Assembly (NCBI GenBank): GCA_965541585.1
Contig: CBEUCH010000001.1
Location: forward strand, 288,001 to 352,000
Length of the DNA: 64,000 nucleotides
From: an uncultured bacterium
Lineage (GTDB): Bacteria; Zixibacteria; MSB-5A5; UBA10806
Direction: 5' to 3'
A program made the position numbers and the translations under genes. The first letter of the stretch is position 1, and each line of letters starts with the position of its first letter. The notes under the pieces were generated by a model. The model worked only from the letters and a program-made list of their open reading frames with translations, did not search any database and was not told the DNA's origin. Shown here in pieces: positions 1-9,956 of this stretch.

Positions 1-1
1 T

Positions 2-2305
2 AAGGTTACCGGTGAGGTGAAGTTTGATCTAATGAAAATAGATTTTCTACCGGGCTTCGAGGCAAGGTACAAAAATACAATTCTGAGCGCTGCCGGCGGA
101 ATGGAATACGAAGGGGACATCGATATTATCGGAAACGCCGATTTTGGTGACCTGACCGATTTTACGAATCAGATTTTTTTGAGAAAACTGGGAGGCAGGG
201 GCTCGGCCGGATTCCATCTGACCGGTCCCACTCAGGATTTCACAATCGATGCCTTTTTTGATTCGGATTCATGCTGGACGTACGGCCTTGTACCCGGAGA
301 GATTCATATTCTTGCAGATTTGAGATCATTTATCAGTCACCGTGTAGGAACGGTTTCCGGCGAGTGGACGGGCGGAGAATTGTATTCGGTGCCGATAGAC
401 TCCGGTCATTTTGAAACCAGCGTCTCAGGCGAAAGAGCATTTCTGGATACGGTTTATGTGGCGGGATTGGACGGCGGATTATGGCTGAAAGGCAGCTATG
501 ACGGTACGCAGATGCCCCCGACTTTCGAAGTCGATACACTGCAGGCCGAGATCTATGGAAACAGATTCTCGTCGATCGCCCCGATAAAAGTGAGTATCTA
601 TGACAGGGAGACCCAGTTTGATGATTTCAGGCTGGGATACGAGACCGGCATAATCGAACTTAAGGGAATGGTAACCAATGATCTGGAATTGGGGCTTGAT
701 GTCCACGCTGAAGGATTCCAGATTCAGCCGATATTATCCCAGATCTATCCGGAAAGGGAAATCAGAGGGATCTGGAATGGGTCCGCGCGATTGAAAGGTG
801 ATTTCGAAAATCCGCTTATTGAATTCGATGTCGAGATCGATAGCTTCTCTATAGACAAAGTAAACATGGGGAGACTCGAAGCATTAGCCAGCTATTCCGA
901 TGGCTATCTCTTGACGGAATCGGCCAGCCTGGCCTCGAAGCATGGTAACCTTGTCTTATCCGGGCGGCTGCCCATGAATCTTTCATTCGAGGAAGTCGAC
1001 GAACGGTTCCCCGATAACCCTTTAGATTTCCGCATAAGTACATCGGGAACCCGGCTTTTGTTAGCCGAAGCTTTTATATCGAATATTGAACGTTTTGATA
1101 CAGATTTCTTCTTTGAGATTAACTTATCAGGTTCGTACGGCAGTCCCGCCATAGCTGGACATGGAAACCTGACAGATGGGATTCTAAAAGTACTGGATCT
1201 TGTAAACCCCCTTACGGATATTAAAGCCCATCTTCGAATGGAAGATGAAACCGTATATATTGACAGTGCTTTTGCCACCGTGGAAAAGCTGCCGCAAAAG
1301 AAGGGCGCTAAAGAAAAACCGCCGATCACAGTTTCGGGTACTCTAAAGTTGTTGGGATTGGGAGATTTTCTTTATGATCTTGATATGGATGGAGAGAGTG
1401 CTTATTTCATCGCGGACGCTTATGATGTCAGCGGACTGGCGGATTTCGACCTGAAGGTTGAGGGGGAGACCCCTCCGACTGTCAGCGGCGATATGTTTCT
1501 CGGAAGACTTGATATTCGCGATGAGTTCGAGAACTTTGCCGGCCCCGATTATGACCCGGCGTTTTCGACCGTGGAGGATTCCACGATCTGGGATCTCGAC
1601 CTGAACATCGTGGCGCCGAACAATATCTGGATCAAAAACAGTGTGATCGACGCCGAATTTAAGGCCGATATCCGCGTCCAGAGAAAGCTCGGCATATTAA
1701 GATTCCTCGGGACTCTGGAGGTAATTAGAGGATCTTATAACCTCATGGGCCAGAAATTCCGGTTTGTCTCCGGCAACCTGACCTACCAGGATCTGGCGAC
1801 GGTTGATCCCGATATCGATTTCGTTGTCAGCACACGGATTAGAGCATCCGGGGCGGAGGCCGAGGGACCTCAAACCGTGGAATTACATATTACAGGCACG
1901 CTCCTGGAGCCGACTATAAGTTCCTCCGGGCTATCGAAGGAGGAACTCTTGAGGACTTTGCTTGCCGGAAGTTGGGCAGGTGGGACCATATCCGAAGGAG
2001 GGTCTGCTCAAGATATTGTAGGCAGCGTTACTGCTATCGCGTCATCCATGGGTTTAGACCCGCTGACGGCTCAAGGCATTTTTGAAGAATTCGAGATCGG
2101 GCAGTTTGAGAAGGAGACGCAAATATCGGTTGCAAAATATATCTCTCGTAATTTATATGTTCGATATTCCAGAGGGCTGAGCAGGGATGAGCTCGGTGTG
2201 GAATATTACTTCAATGACAGCATTTCATTCAGGGCCATTCAAGAGTGGGTAGATTCTAAAGATGAGGACATCTCGTTCGACCTTAATCTCAATTTCGAAT
2301 TTTAG
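2..2305 (+). CDS. TamB/AsmA-like translocation and assembly module protein, C-terminal part (5' end outside window)
   Basis: Frame is open from base 2. Beta-taco-like repeats and a DUF490-type C-terminus (ISVAKYISRNLYVRY...LNLNFEF). Overlaps the downstream Omp85 gene. Confidence 0.8.
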   Translation, partial: KVTGEVKFDLMKIDFLPGFEARYKNTILSAAGGMEYEGDIDIIGNADFGDLTDFTNQIFLRKLGGRGSAGFHLTGPTQDFTIDAFFDSDSCWTYGLVPGEIHILADLRSFISHRVGTVSGEWTGGELYSVPIDSGHFETSVSGERAFLDTVYVAGLDGGLWLKGSYDGTQMPPTFEVDTLQAEIYGNRFSSIAPIKVSIYDRETQFDDFRLGYETGIIELKGMVTNDLELGLDVHAEGFQIQPILSQIYPEREIRGIWNGSARLKGDFENPLIEFDVEIDSFSIDKVNMGRLEALASYSDGYLLTESASLASKHGNLVLSGRLPMNLSFEEVDERFPDNPLDFRISTSGTRLLLAEAFISNIERFDTDFFFEINLSGSYGSPAIAGHGNLTDGILKVLDLVNPLTDIKAHLRMEDETVYIDSAFATVEKLPQKKGAKEKPPITVSGTLKLLGLGDFLYDLDMDGESAYFIADAYDVSGLADFDLKVEGETPPTVSGDMFLGRLDIRDEFENFAGPDYDPAFSTVEDSTIWDLDLNIVAPNNIWIKNSVIDAEFKADIRVQRKLGILRFLGTLEVIRGSYNLMGQKFRFVSGNLTYQDLATVDPDIDFVVSTRIRASGAEAEGPQTVELHITGTLLEPTISSSGLSKEELLRTLLAGSWAGGTISEGGSAQDIVGSVTAIASSMGLDPLTAQGIFEEFEIGQFEKETQISVAKYISRNLYVRYSRGLSRDELGVEYYFNDSISFRAIQEWVDSKDEDISFDLNLNFEF

Positions 2306-4241
2306 TCTCTTTTTCATCCTGCTTCTAACCTTTTCCGCTGCCGGACAGGATGACTCACCCTCCTCCAGGGCAAGTGAGGTCAGGCGGCAGGTGGTTAAAA
2401 AGGTCGAATTGCAGGGTGTGAGATCATTCCCTCCGTCAGAGATTGAGGGACTTCTGTTCACTAAACCGAATCACTGGTATAATTTCTTAAAGAAAAGTCG
2501 GTTGTCGAGATCAAATGTCATATACGATGAAAGGACCATCGAGCGTTTTTACAAGAGGCGAGGCTTTCTTTCTGCCTCGGCCGGCAATTCCGTCATGATT
2601 AATGAGGACGACAAAGCCACCGTTACATTTAATGTGGAAGAGGGTATCAGGACCTATCTCTCCAGTCTCGTCATCGAGGGTGGTATTGAAAAAATAAATA
2701 CCAATTTCAATAAAACCCTCTGGCAATTCAAAATGGGGGAGCCGGTAAATGCCAGTCAGGTGCTTTCCGGAAGTTTCATATTAAGAGATATTTATCATGA
2801 CAATGGTTATCCTTACGCAAAAATCACCAGCCGGTATGATTTCAACAACGACAGCACTGAAACCTTCATCAGATATGTTGTTGCAGAATCGGTTTACACT
2901 GTTAATGGTGAAACCACGATCGAGAAAGATGGAATTACAAATCTTAATGTTATTTTGAGGGAACTTAAAATCAAAGTCAGTGAGGAATACAAGCGTGAAG
3001 ATATCATCGAATCAGAAAGAAGGCTTTACTCCACGGGGCTATTTAAGTATATGGCCATCAGTCGGGACGATTCTACTTTTCAGATGAATGAAAACTCTCC
3101 GGCCAGGGTCGGCTTCTCTTTGAACTTTGAAGAAAGAAAGCCGTTTTTTGTAAATCTGGGGCTTGGTATAGGTCGCGAGGAGGATTTCGAAATGGTACTT
3201 CGAGGTTCGGCGCGATTCGGAAACAGGAATCTCATGGGCACGGGCCGGAAATTGTATCTGGGTTTTGAACCGCGTTTCCAGATCTTCGATCCGGATACCA
3301 CACGAACATCTAACCTGTTAGATTTCATGAAAAAACTAAAGTTTATTAAGCCCATCAGGACATCGATTGAATTAAATTATGTTGAGCCCTGGTTTCTTAA
3401 CCAGCGGATACCTATGTCAGTCAGGTTGATTTATGAGCCCGATACGTTCAATCCCACTCTCGAGAAAAGATACGACCGAGCGGGTGCGGAATTGCGCTTC
3501 GCCTACGAATTGGATCATTTTACCACGGCTCGCCTGACAGGGGCCGCCGAATATGTAAACTTCAGGGATATTCCAGAGGAACAGCAGGAGGTCTACAGGG
3601 CCGAGGGTGATAATCAGATCAGAAGAAAAATCAAGATCTACGGGGAGAGAGATACCAGAGACAATCTTTTCCTCCCCCAGCACGGCTCTTATTCGTTTGT
3701 TGGAGTCGAATACGTGGGAGGTGTCCTGGGAGGGGATTTTGGGTACCGCAAGGTTCAGTTTTCATGGAGCCGATATCAAATGCTCGTCGGACAGAATATT
3801 GTGGCCTCAAGGATATCAGTAGGCTTGCTTGACGATATGGGGGAAAATGACAGGTCAAGTGTAGACGATAGATTTCTTATCGGCGGCGGGACCACCATAA
3901 GAGGCTATGCGGAAAACAACCTCGGGCCAATTTTCACCGAGGCCGATGATGCGGGCGATCTGGTGGAAAAACCCAAGGGTGGTCGATATCTTCTTATGGG
4001 TAACATAGAGATTCGCCGTCCTCTGTTCTGGAGGTTCGGGGGCACCGTTTTCGTCGATGCCGGCAATACATATTTCAATTTTGATGACATTACTCCGCAT
4101 TCAGTGGCTTTTACTTCCGGCCTGGGGCTACAATTCTTCACCCCGATCGGCCCGATCAGGTTTGATTACGGCGTACGTATGAAAAAGGATTTCGATCTGG
4201 CTGCAGGAAGCTACCATCTTTCAATATTATATGCTTTCTAA
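2262..4241 (+). CDS. BamA/TamA (Omp85) family outer membrane protein
   Basis: Signal peptide, POTRA-like repeats (FYKRRGF, YHDNGYP, LYSTGLF), IRGY motif, TPIGPIRFDYG, terminal Phe. Confidence 0.9.
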   Translation: MRTSRSTLISISNFSLFFILLLTFSAAGQDDSPSSRASEVRRQVVKKVELQGVRSFPPSEIEGLLFTKPNHWYNFLKKSRLSRSNVIYDERTIERFYKRRGFLSASAGNSVMINEDDKATVTFNVEEGIRTYLSSLVIEGGIEKINTNFNKTLWQFKMGEPVNASQVLSGSFILRDIYHDNGYPYAKITSRYDFNNDSTETFIRYVVAESVYTVNGETTIEKDGITNLNVILRELKIKVSEEYKREDIIESERRLYSTGLFKYMAISRDDSTFQMNENSPARVGFSLNFEERKPFFVNLGLGIGREEDFEMVLRGSARFGNRNLMGTGRKLYLGFEPRFQIFDPDTTRTSNLLDFMKKLKFIKPIRTSIELNYVEPWFLNQRIPMSVRLIYEPDTFNPTLEKRYDRAGAELRFAYELDHFTTARLTGAAEYVNFRDIPEEQQEVYRAEGDNQIRRKIKIYGERDTRDNLFLPQHGSYSFVGVEYVGGVLGGDFGYRKVQFSWSRYQMLVGQNIVASRISVGLLDDMGENDRSSVDDRFLIGGGTTIRGYAENNLGPIFTEADDAGDLVEKPKGGRYLLMGNIEIRRPLFWRFGGTVFVDAGNTYFNFDDITPHSVAFTSGLGLQFFTPIGPIRFDYGVRMKKDFDLAAGSYHLSILYAF

Positions 4242-4974
4242 AAGACCGAAAATAGGTATCACACTCTCGGAGGCGGAGGATGGCGATGCTAACCGCTGGC
4301 CTTTAAGGAGGGGATTCGATTATATCAAGCGGCAATATTATGAGGCCATCCTGAAATCAGGCGGTATTCCGATCCTGCTGGCTAATGTCGAGCAGCGTTA
4401 TGCGATCAAATCCCTTATGGAATCGGTAGACGGGCTTCTGGTTACCGGGGGACCGGACCTGCACCCCAGACACTTCGATCAAAAACCGCACAAAAAGCTT
4501 TCCCGGACGACCGAAGCGCGCGATCGATTTGAACTGGAGGCCATAAGAATAGCATTGAAAAGGAATCTACCTGTTTTAGGTATTTGCCGGGGCCATCAAA
4601 TTTTGAATGTCGCATTCGGAGGGACGCTTTATCAGGACCTCTCATGTATCCCCTCGAGAACTATCGTCCACGCCGATCCGCGTCAGACCGGAAGGATATT
4701 CCATAAAGTGAAAATCGAAGAGGGGAGTAGATTGTATGACATCATCGGCCGGACGGTTATCGAGGTCAATTCCAGCCATCATCAGGCAATAGACAAACTG
4801 GGTAACGGGCTGCGTGCGAATGCCATCGCGCCTGACGGTGTAATCGAGGGGATAGAGCATCAGGGTTTTCGTTTAGTTTTGGGCATCCAATGGCACCCGG
4901 AGAGCATTTATGGAAGGATGCACAGCAAGAGGCTATTTAGCGCTTTTATAACAGAAGCCGCCACAGGGAGTTAG
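4231..4974 (+). CDS. Gamma-glutamyl-gamma-aminobutyrate hydrolase family (peptidase C26, class I glutamine amidotransferase)
   Basis: PVLGICRGHQ nucleophile, VNSSHHQA and GIQWHPE motifs. Confidence 0.9.
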   Translation: MLSKRPKIGITLSEAEDGDANRWPLRRGFDYIKRQYYEAILKSGGIPILLANVEQRYAIKSLMESVDGLLVTGGPDLHPRHFDQKPHKKLSRTTEARDRFELEAIRIALKRNLPVLGICRGHQILNVAFGGTLYQDLSCIPSRTIVHADPRQTGRIFHKVKIEEGSRLYDIIGRTVIEVNSSHHQAIDKLGNGLRANAIAPDGVIEGIEHQGFRLVLGIQWHPESIYGRMHSKRLFSAFITEAATGS

Positions 4975-4989
4975 CACTCCCGGTTGATA

Positions 4990-5018
4990 TTGACATACTC
5001 TCCTGCCAAACCTATATT
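4990..5018 (+). promoter_or_regulatory. sigma70-type promoter upstream of cysteine desulfurase
   Basis: TTGACA-N17-TATATT. Confidence 0.6.
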
Positions 5019-5045
5019 GCCTGTAGAGCAAAAAAGGAATTTCAG

Positions 5046-6215
5046 ATGAGAACCGTCTACCTTGATCACAACGCCACGACCCCTGTTCATCCTGAGGTCT
5101 TCGAGGCAATGAAGCCGTATTTCACGGAGGTATACGGGAATGCCAGCTCGATTCATCAGAGCGGACGTGAGGCAAAGGCGGCTCTGGAGGAGGTCAGGCA
5201 GACCATAGCCGATCTTCTCGGCTGCAAACCATCGGAACTCTATTTCACCTCCGGCGGTACCGAATCCGACAATTTTGCAATCAAGGGCGTTGCCTATGCC
5301 AATAGAGCTAAGGGAAAACATATAATTAGCTCGCCTATCGAGCATCATGCGGTAGTCGCGTCATGCGAATTCCTGGAGAAGGAGGGGTTCGAGGTATCCT
5401 ATTTGCCGGTCGATTCCGAGGGCTTCGTCGATCCGGATGAATTGAAAAGGACTATCCGCCGGGATACAATACTGGTGACAATTATGCATGCCAATAACGA
5501 AACCGGCGTGATACAGGACCTGAAGGCATTAGCCTTAGTTGCGAGAGATGCGGGCGCATATTTTCACACTGATTCAGTTCAGGCGACGGGGAAGATTCCA
5601 TATAAAATAAATGACCATGGCAGCGATCTACTCTCAATATCCTCCCATAAATTATACGGTCCTAAAGGAGCAGGATTAATCTACATAAAATCGGGGACGA
5701 AGATTCAGCCCTGGAATGAGGGCGGCGGGCATGAGCGAGGACGCCGTGCCGGAACAGAAAATGTTGCCGGGGCAATTGGCTTGGCCAAAGCCTTAGAGAT
5801 TGCAGCCCGGGATATGGATACTGAAACGAAGAAGATGATTTCCATGACCACCCGGTTTTACGAATTGGTGAAGGAGAGAATCCCCGATATCAGGCTCAAT
5901 GGCAGTTTCCGGCGACGAGTCCCCAATACTCTGAATATCTCGTTCCGGGCGGTCGAGGGAGAAGCCATAGTGCTCAGCCTCGATCTCAAAGGCATTATGG
6001 TATCATCCGGCTCCGCGTGCACGTCCGGCGCCACAGAGCCCTCGCATGTTCTGGAGGCTATGGGGGTACCGCCGGAGATGGGGCAGAGTTCGATTCGCTT
6101 TTCGTTCGGCAGAGGAAATAAAGAAGATGATGTGGAATATGTCGTGGATATACTCGCCTCTGAGGTTGGACGTCTTAGAGATATTTCACCTTTATACGCT
6201 CAATCGAAAAAATAG
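5046..6215 (+). CDS. iscS: Cysteine desulfurase (IscS/NifS group I)
   Basis: YLDHNATT, SGGTESDN, SSHKLYGPKG (PLP Lys), SSGSACTS (catalytic Cys). Confidence 0.92.
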   Translation: MRTVYLDHNATTPVHPEVFEAMKPYFTEVYGNASSIHQSGREAKAALEEVRQTIADLLGCKPSELYFTSGGTESDNFAIKGVAYANRAKGKHIISSPIEHHAVVASCEFLEKEGFEVSYLPVDSEGFVDPDELKRTIRRDTILVTIMHANNETGVIQDLKALALVARDAGAYFHTDSVQATGKIPYKINDHGSDLLSISSHKLYGPKGAGLIYIKSGTKIQPWNEGGGHERGRRAGTENVAGAIGLAKALEIAARDMDTETKKMISMTTRFYELVKERIPDIRLNGSFRRRVPNTLNISFRAVEGEAIVLSLDLKGIMVSSGSACTSGATEPSHVLEAMGVPPEMGQSSIRFSFGRGNKEDDVEYVVDILASEVGRLRDISPLYAQSKK

Positions 6216-6232
6216 AATGGGCGAGATTCGTT

Positions 6233-6263
6233 AAAGGAGCCCCGGAGCTCCGGGGCCTTTTTT
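6233..6263 (+). terminator. Rho-independent terminator-like hairpin between iscS and mnmA
   Basis: GCCCCGGA/TCCGGGGC inverted repeat followed by C and a T6 run. Confidence 0.6.
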
Positions 6264-6266
6264 GTA

Positions 6267-7355
6267 ATGGATAAGAAAAAAGTCCTGATAGGTTTATCCG
6301 GGGGCGTCGACAGCTCCGCTGCGGCTGCTTTGCTTGTCGAACAGGGGTATGATGTTATCGGAGTTACTCTGAAACTCTATGATTATGCTGAACTCGGTTT
6401 TGATCCTCCCGATGGCGGCTGTTGCTCTATAGATTTGATCGATGACGCTCGAAATGCCTGCTCTCGACTCAATATAGCTCACTATGTACTGGATCTGAGG
6501 GATTCTTTTCAAAAAAATGTAATCGACGATTTCATTGAATCATACAGCCGCGGGCAAACTCCCAATCCCTGCGTTAACTGCAATACATATATCAAGTGGG
6601 GGGAGATGCTCAAAACGGCCGATAAACTCGGATGCCAGTATATTGCTACGGGGCATTACGCCCGGATTGATCGTTCCTTTAAGATCCCGCGCATGCTAAG
6701 AGGATCAGATAAATCCAGGGACCAATCTTATGCCTTATGGGGGATCCCTCGTGAAACCCTGGCGCGCACGTTATTTCCGCTCGGAGGACTCTCAAAGAGC
6801 GAGACGAGGGAAATAGCAAAGCGCAATAATTTCCGCAACGCGGATCGCCCCGACAGTCAGGAAATTTGCTTCGTCCCCGCCGGCGATTATTCTCATGTAA
6901 TCCGCCGGAGATTCGGTAATGACGATAGGTCGTTAAGGCCCGGCCCCATTTACGATAGCGAAGGTAAGGTTGTCGGAGAGCATAAGGGTTACGCCAATTA
7001 TACGATCGGTCAGCGGCGGGGGCTGGGCATATCTTTTCCATCGCCTCATTATGTCACCGGGATCAATCCGGATGAAGGGAGTATTACGGTTGGTATCGAG
7101 GAGCGCTTGCTTGCAGGACATTTTACGATTGTGGGAGTGAATCTCCTGGTATCAGATGACGCGATACCGGGGAAAGTCGATGTGAAAATAAGATATCTTC
7201 ACCAAGCACATGCCGCCACCGTGAGGCTGGAGGGCGGTATGGGAGAGGTGATCTTCGATAGGCCGCAAAGAGCCATTACGCCCGGCCAGTCGGCAGTGTT
7301 CTACGACGACGATCTTGTGATAGGGGGCGGGATTATAGACAGAATCCTCGCTTGA
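6267..7355 (+). CDS. mnmA: tRNA 2-thiouridine(34) synthase
   Basis: SGGVDS PP-loop, TPNPCVNCN, ATGHYAR, DQSY, DSQEICF, YTIGQRRGLG, TPGQSAVFY. Confidence 0.96.
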   Translation: MDKKKVLIGLSGGVDSSAAAALLVEQGYDVIGVTLKLYDYAELGFDPPDGGCCSIDLIDDARNACSRLNIAHYVLDLRDSFQKNVIDDFIESYSRGQTPNPCVNCNTYIKWGEMLKTADKLGCQYIATGHYARIDRSFKIPRMLRGSDKSRDQSYALWGIPRETLARTLFPLGGLSKSETREIAKRNNFRNADRPDSQEICFVPAGDYSHVIRRRFGNDDRSLRPGPIYDSEGKVVGEHKGYANYTIGQRRGLGISFPSPHYVTGINPDEGSITVGIEERLLAGHFTIVGVNLLVSDDAIPGKVDVKIRYLHQAHAATVRLEGGMGEVIFDRPQRAITPGQSAVFYDDDLVIGGGIIDRILA

Positions 7356-7379
7356 ATGTCTGCAATCCGGATAATTGGG

Positions 7380-7408
7380 TTGACACAAAGACATAGTCGC
7401 GATAAATT
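7380..7408 (+). promoter_or_regulatory. sigma70-type promoter
   Basis: TTGACA-N17-TAAATT ahead of the hydrolase gene. Confidence 0.5.
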
Positions 7409-7434
7409 CATATCGAAGACAGGGAGGATATAAT

Positions 7435-8121
7435 ATGGTGAAAGTCACATTTATAGGACACTCGTGTTTCTTTCTGGAGAGCGGTTCTCACAAAATTTTG
7501 ATTGATCCCTTTATCACGGGAAACCCGGTCGCCAGAGCCTCGGAGGAGCATAAAAAGGCCGATTTCATCCTTATTAGCCATGGGCATGCCGATCATTTGG
7601 GAGATGCTGTTAAGCTGTCGAAAAACTCAGGGGCCACGGTCATTTCGAATTTCGAAATCTGCACATACTGTGACTCCCAGAAGGTTGCGAAGACTCATCC
7701 TTTGCACATCGGTGGTGGCAATGAGTTTCCTTTTGGTTCTGTGAAATTGACCATTGCCCATCATGGTAGCACCCTGGGGGATAATCTCGAATATGGCGGA
7801 CTTTCTGCAGGGATGATTATTCGTATCGATGGAAAAGTGATATATCATTCGGGAGACACGGGATTGTTCCTGGATATGAAACTGATCGGCGAGCTCGACG
7901 ACATCGACCTTGCGCTTCTGCCGATCGGCGGCAATTTCACTATGGATATTCCAGACGCCATCAAGGCCGTGGAATTCTTAAAACCGAAAAAGGCGATCCC
8001 GATGCACTATAATACGTTCGACCTCATAGCCTGTGATCCCGGGGATTTTGTAAATGGCATCAAGTCATTGGGAGTTGAGGGTATTGTCCTCGGATTCGGT
8101 GAAAGCTACGAATTGAATTAA
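7435..8121 (+). CDS. Metal-dependent hydrolase, metallo-beta-lactamase fold (UPF0173-like)
   Basis: SHGHADHLGD, YHSGDTGLF, LPIGGNFTM, IPMHYNTF. Confidence 0.9.
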   Translation: MVKVTFIGHSCFFLESGSHKILIDPFITGNPVARASEEHKKADFILISHGHADHLGDAVKLSKNSGATVISNFEICTYCDSQKVAKTHPLHIGGGNEFPFGSVKLTIAHHGSTLGDNLEYGGLSAGMIIRIDGKVIYHSGDTGLFLDMKLIGELDDIDLALLPIGGNFTMDIPDAIKAVEFLKPKKAIPMHYNTFDLIACDPGDFVNGIKSLGVEGIVLGFGESYELN

Positions 8122-8125
8122 TGAG

Positions 8126-9094
8126 ATGATGATTTTCGCTCATGAAGCCCGGAAATCAATTCTGGGCTTTTGTCTTATCGCTGTTTTATCGGTACCATCA
8201 GGCGAATCATGGTCACAGGCGACTGCAACCGGGCTATTCGAGGTTCTCCCCGCCGATGATATCTATGCGGATTCCGCCGGTTACTATTTAGAATACTTCC
8301 AGCATATTCTCGCCGATCTGTTGGGAGAGCCGCTTGATACAACCGTTACCGCATACCTGGCCGCAAGCGAAGAAGAGTTTTTGAGAACGACGGGGCCGTC
8401 GATCCCCGACTGGGGCGCCGGCGTGGCCTTATTGGAGCAAAATAGAATTGTCATTAAATCTCCGAAATATATGAAGACTGGAAAATCTTTCAGGGAATTG
8501 ATCGGCCATGAACTGACCCACATCATGCTTCACCGAGCGGCTGAAGGCCGCTGGCTGCCGCGATGGATTCACGAGGGATTGGCCATGCGTGTTTCCGGTG
8601 AATGGAATATAGGCCAGGATATACTGGTAGCCAGGGCTGCCTGGACGAATAATCTTATTCACCTCCATCGCCTGGAGGGGATGTCCGTATTCAACGGGGC
8701 CAAGGCGAATCTGGCATACACCGAATCGTACATGGCAGTATCGAGTCTTCTCAAAGGGGGAGATCCCTATCGGCTTGCAGATCTTCTGGCCATGTATCGA
8801 GAAACCAATGACTTTCTCCAGAGCTTTCATGCGGTGGTCGGTACCGATTACAGTCAATGGATCCATGATTGGTATGAGAGGACATCTATGCAATATCAAT
8901 TTCTGCTGTTTATTCTCGATTGGAAGCTGTTCTGGCTGGCCTTACCCTTTTTTATCATACTCTTGTTTCTTTTGAAAAAAAGACAAAACGCGAAAACCAA
9001 AAGACGCTGGAAGAGCGAGGAGCGGTTCAATCCGCCGGACGATAGCTATAACCAATATTTCGACGGCTACTACGATGAAGAAGATCAAGCATAG
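8126..9094 (+). CDS. Peptidase MA family zinc metallohydrolase, membrane anchored
   Basis: Signal peptide, HELTH plus PRWIHEGLA, C-terminal TM helix. Confidence 0.8.
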   Translation: MMIFAHEARKSILGFCLIAVLSVPSGESWSQATATGLFEVLPADDIYADSAGYYLEYFQHILADLLGEPLDTTVTAYLAASEEEFLRTTGPSIPDWGAGVALLEQNRIVIKSPKYMKTGKSFRELIGHELTHIMLHRAAEGRWLPRWIHEGLAMRVSGEWNIGQDILVARAAWTNNLIHLHRLEGMSVFNGAKANLAYTESYMAVSSLLKGGDPYRLADLLAMYRETNDFLQSFHAVVGTDYSQWIHDWYERTSMQYQFLLFILDWKLFWLALPFFIILLFLLKKRQNAKTKRRWKSEERFNPPDDSYNQYFDGYYDEEDQA

Positions 9095-9956
9095 GCTTGA
9101 ATATTTCTCCGTCGTTGCGCTGATTTTCGTATTAAATCTCATTCCCTACAGATTGGCGCTTTTAGTCGGGGATATAATTGGCTTTCTGGGCTTTTCCGTC
9201 CTTAGAATCCGGAGGAAAGTCACCCTGGATAATCTGAAAAAGTCGTTCAAAGATCAATTCAGCGATCAAGATTATGTGAGAATTGGCGCCAGATCATACA
9301 GGTACATAGCCCGGGGGATGATAGAATATGGGTTGTTTCCAACACTTAAGAAGAAAAATCTTCAGAAATTCTTAACCATACAGGGGTTGGAGAATCTTCA
9401 GAAGATCAGCGGCGGGGGCCGGGGGTGTGTGTTGGTAGCTGGCCATTTCGGAAGCTGGGAGCTCATGGGAGCTTTTGTGGCTGCAAACGGCTGGCCCATC
9501 GATTACCTCGTGGGAGAACAGCATAATATTCTGGTTAATAGATTAATGAACAATCATCGCCGGATGTTCGGGATCGGCTTGATCGAGATGGGAGTCGCAG
9601 CCCGGGGAGTGATTAGGGCGGTTCGCAACGGCCGCATGGTATGCATGCTCTCGGATCAGGATGCCGGTTCCGACGGTGTGATAGTAGAGTTTCTTGGCCG
9701 GCCCGCATCCACCCCCAGAGGGCCGGCGGCATTTGCATTGAAAACGGGTGCGCCTCTGGCCTGTGGCTTCATTGTTAGAGAAGGATCCAAGCAGAGAATT
9801 GTGATAGAGCAACCCTTCGATTTCACTCCCACAGGGAACAAAGACGCAGATATCAAACAATTAACGCAGGCATATACCAGCCTGCTGGAGAAATACGTCA
9901 GGGAATACCCCGATCACTGGTTCTGGCCTCACCGGCGCTGGAAATCGACGTCGTGA
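9075..9956 (+). CDS. Lipid A lauroyl/lysophospholipid acyltransferase (LpxL/HtrB family)
   Basis: GHFGSWE, LSDQD, VEFLGRPA, PDHWFWPHRRWK. Confidence 0.9.
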   Translation: MKKIKHRLEYFSVVALIFVLNLIPYRLALLVGDIIGFLGFSVLRIRRKVTLDNLKKSFKDQFSDQDYVRIGARSYRYIARGMIEYGLFPTLKKKNLQKFLTIQGLENLQKISGGGRGCVLVAGHFGSWELMGAFVAANGWPIDYLVGEQHNILVNRLMNNHRRMFGIGLIEMGVAARGVIRAVRNGRMVCMLSDQDAGSDGVIVEFLGRPASTPRGPAAFALKTGAPLACGFIVREGSKQRIVIEQPFDFTPTGNKDADIKQLTQAYTSLLEKYVREYPDHWFWPHRRWKSTS

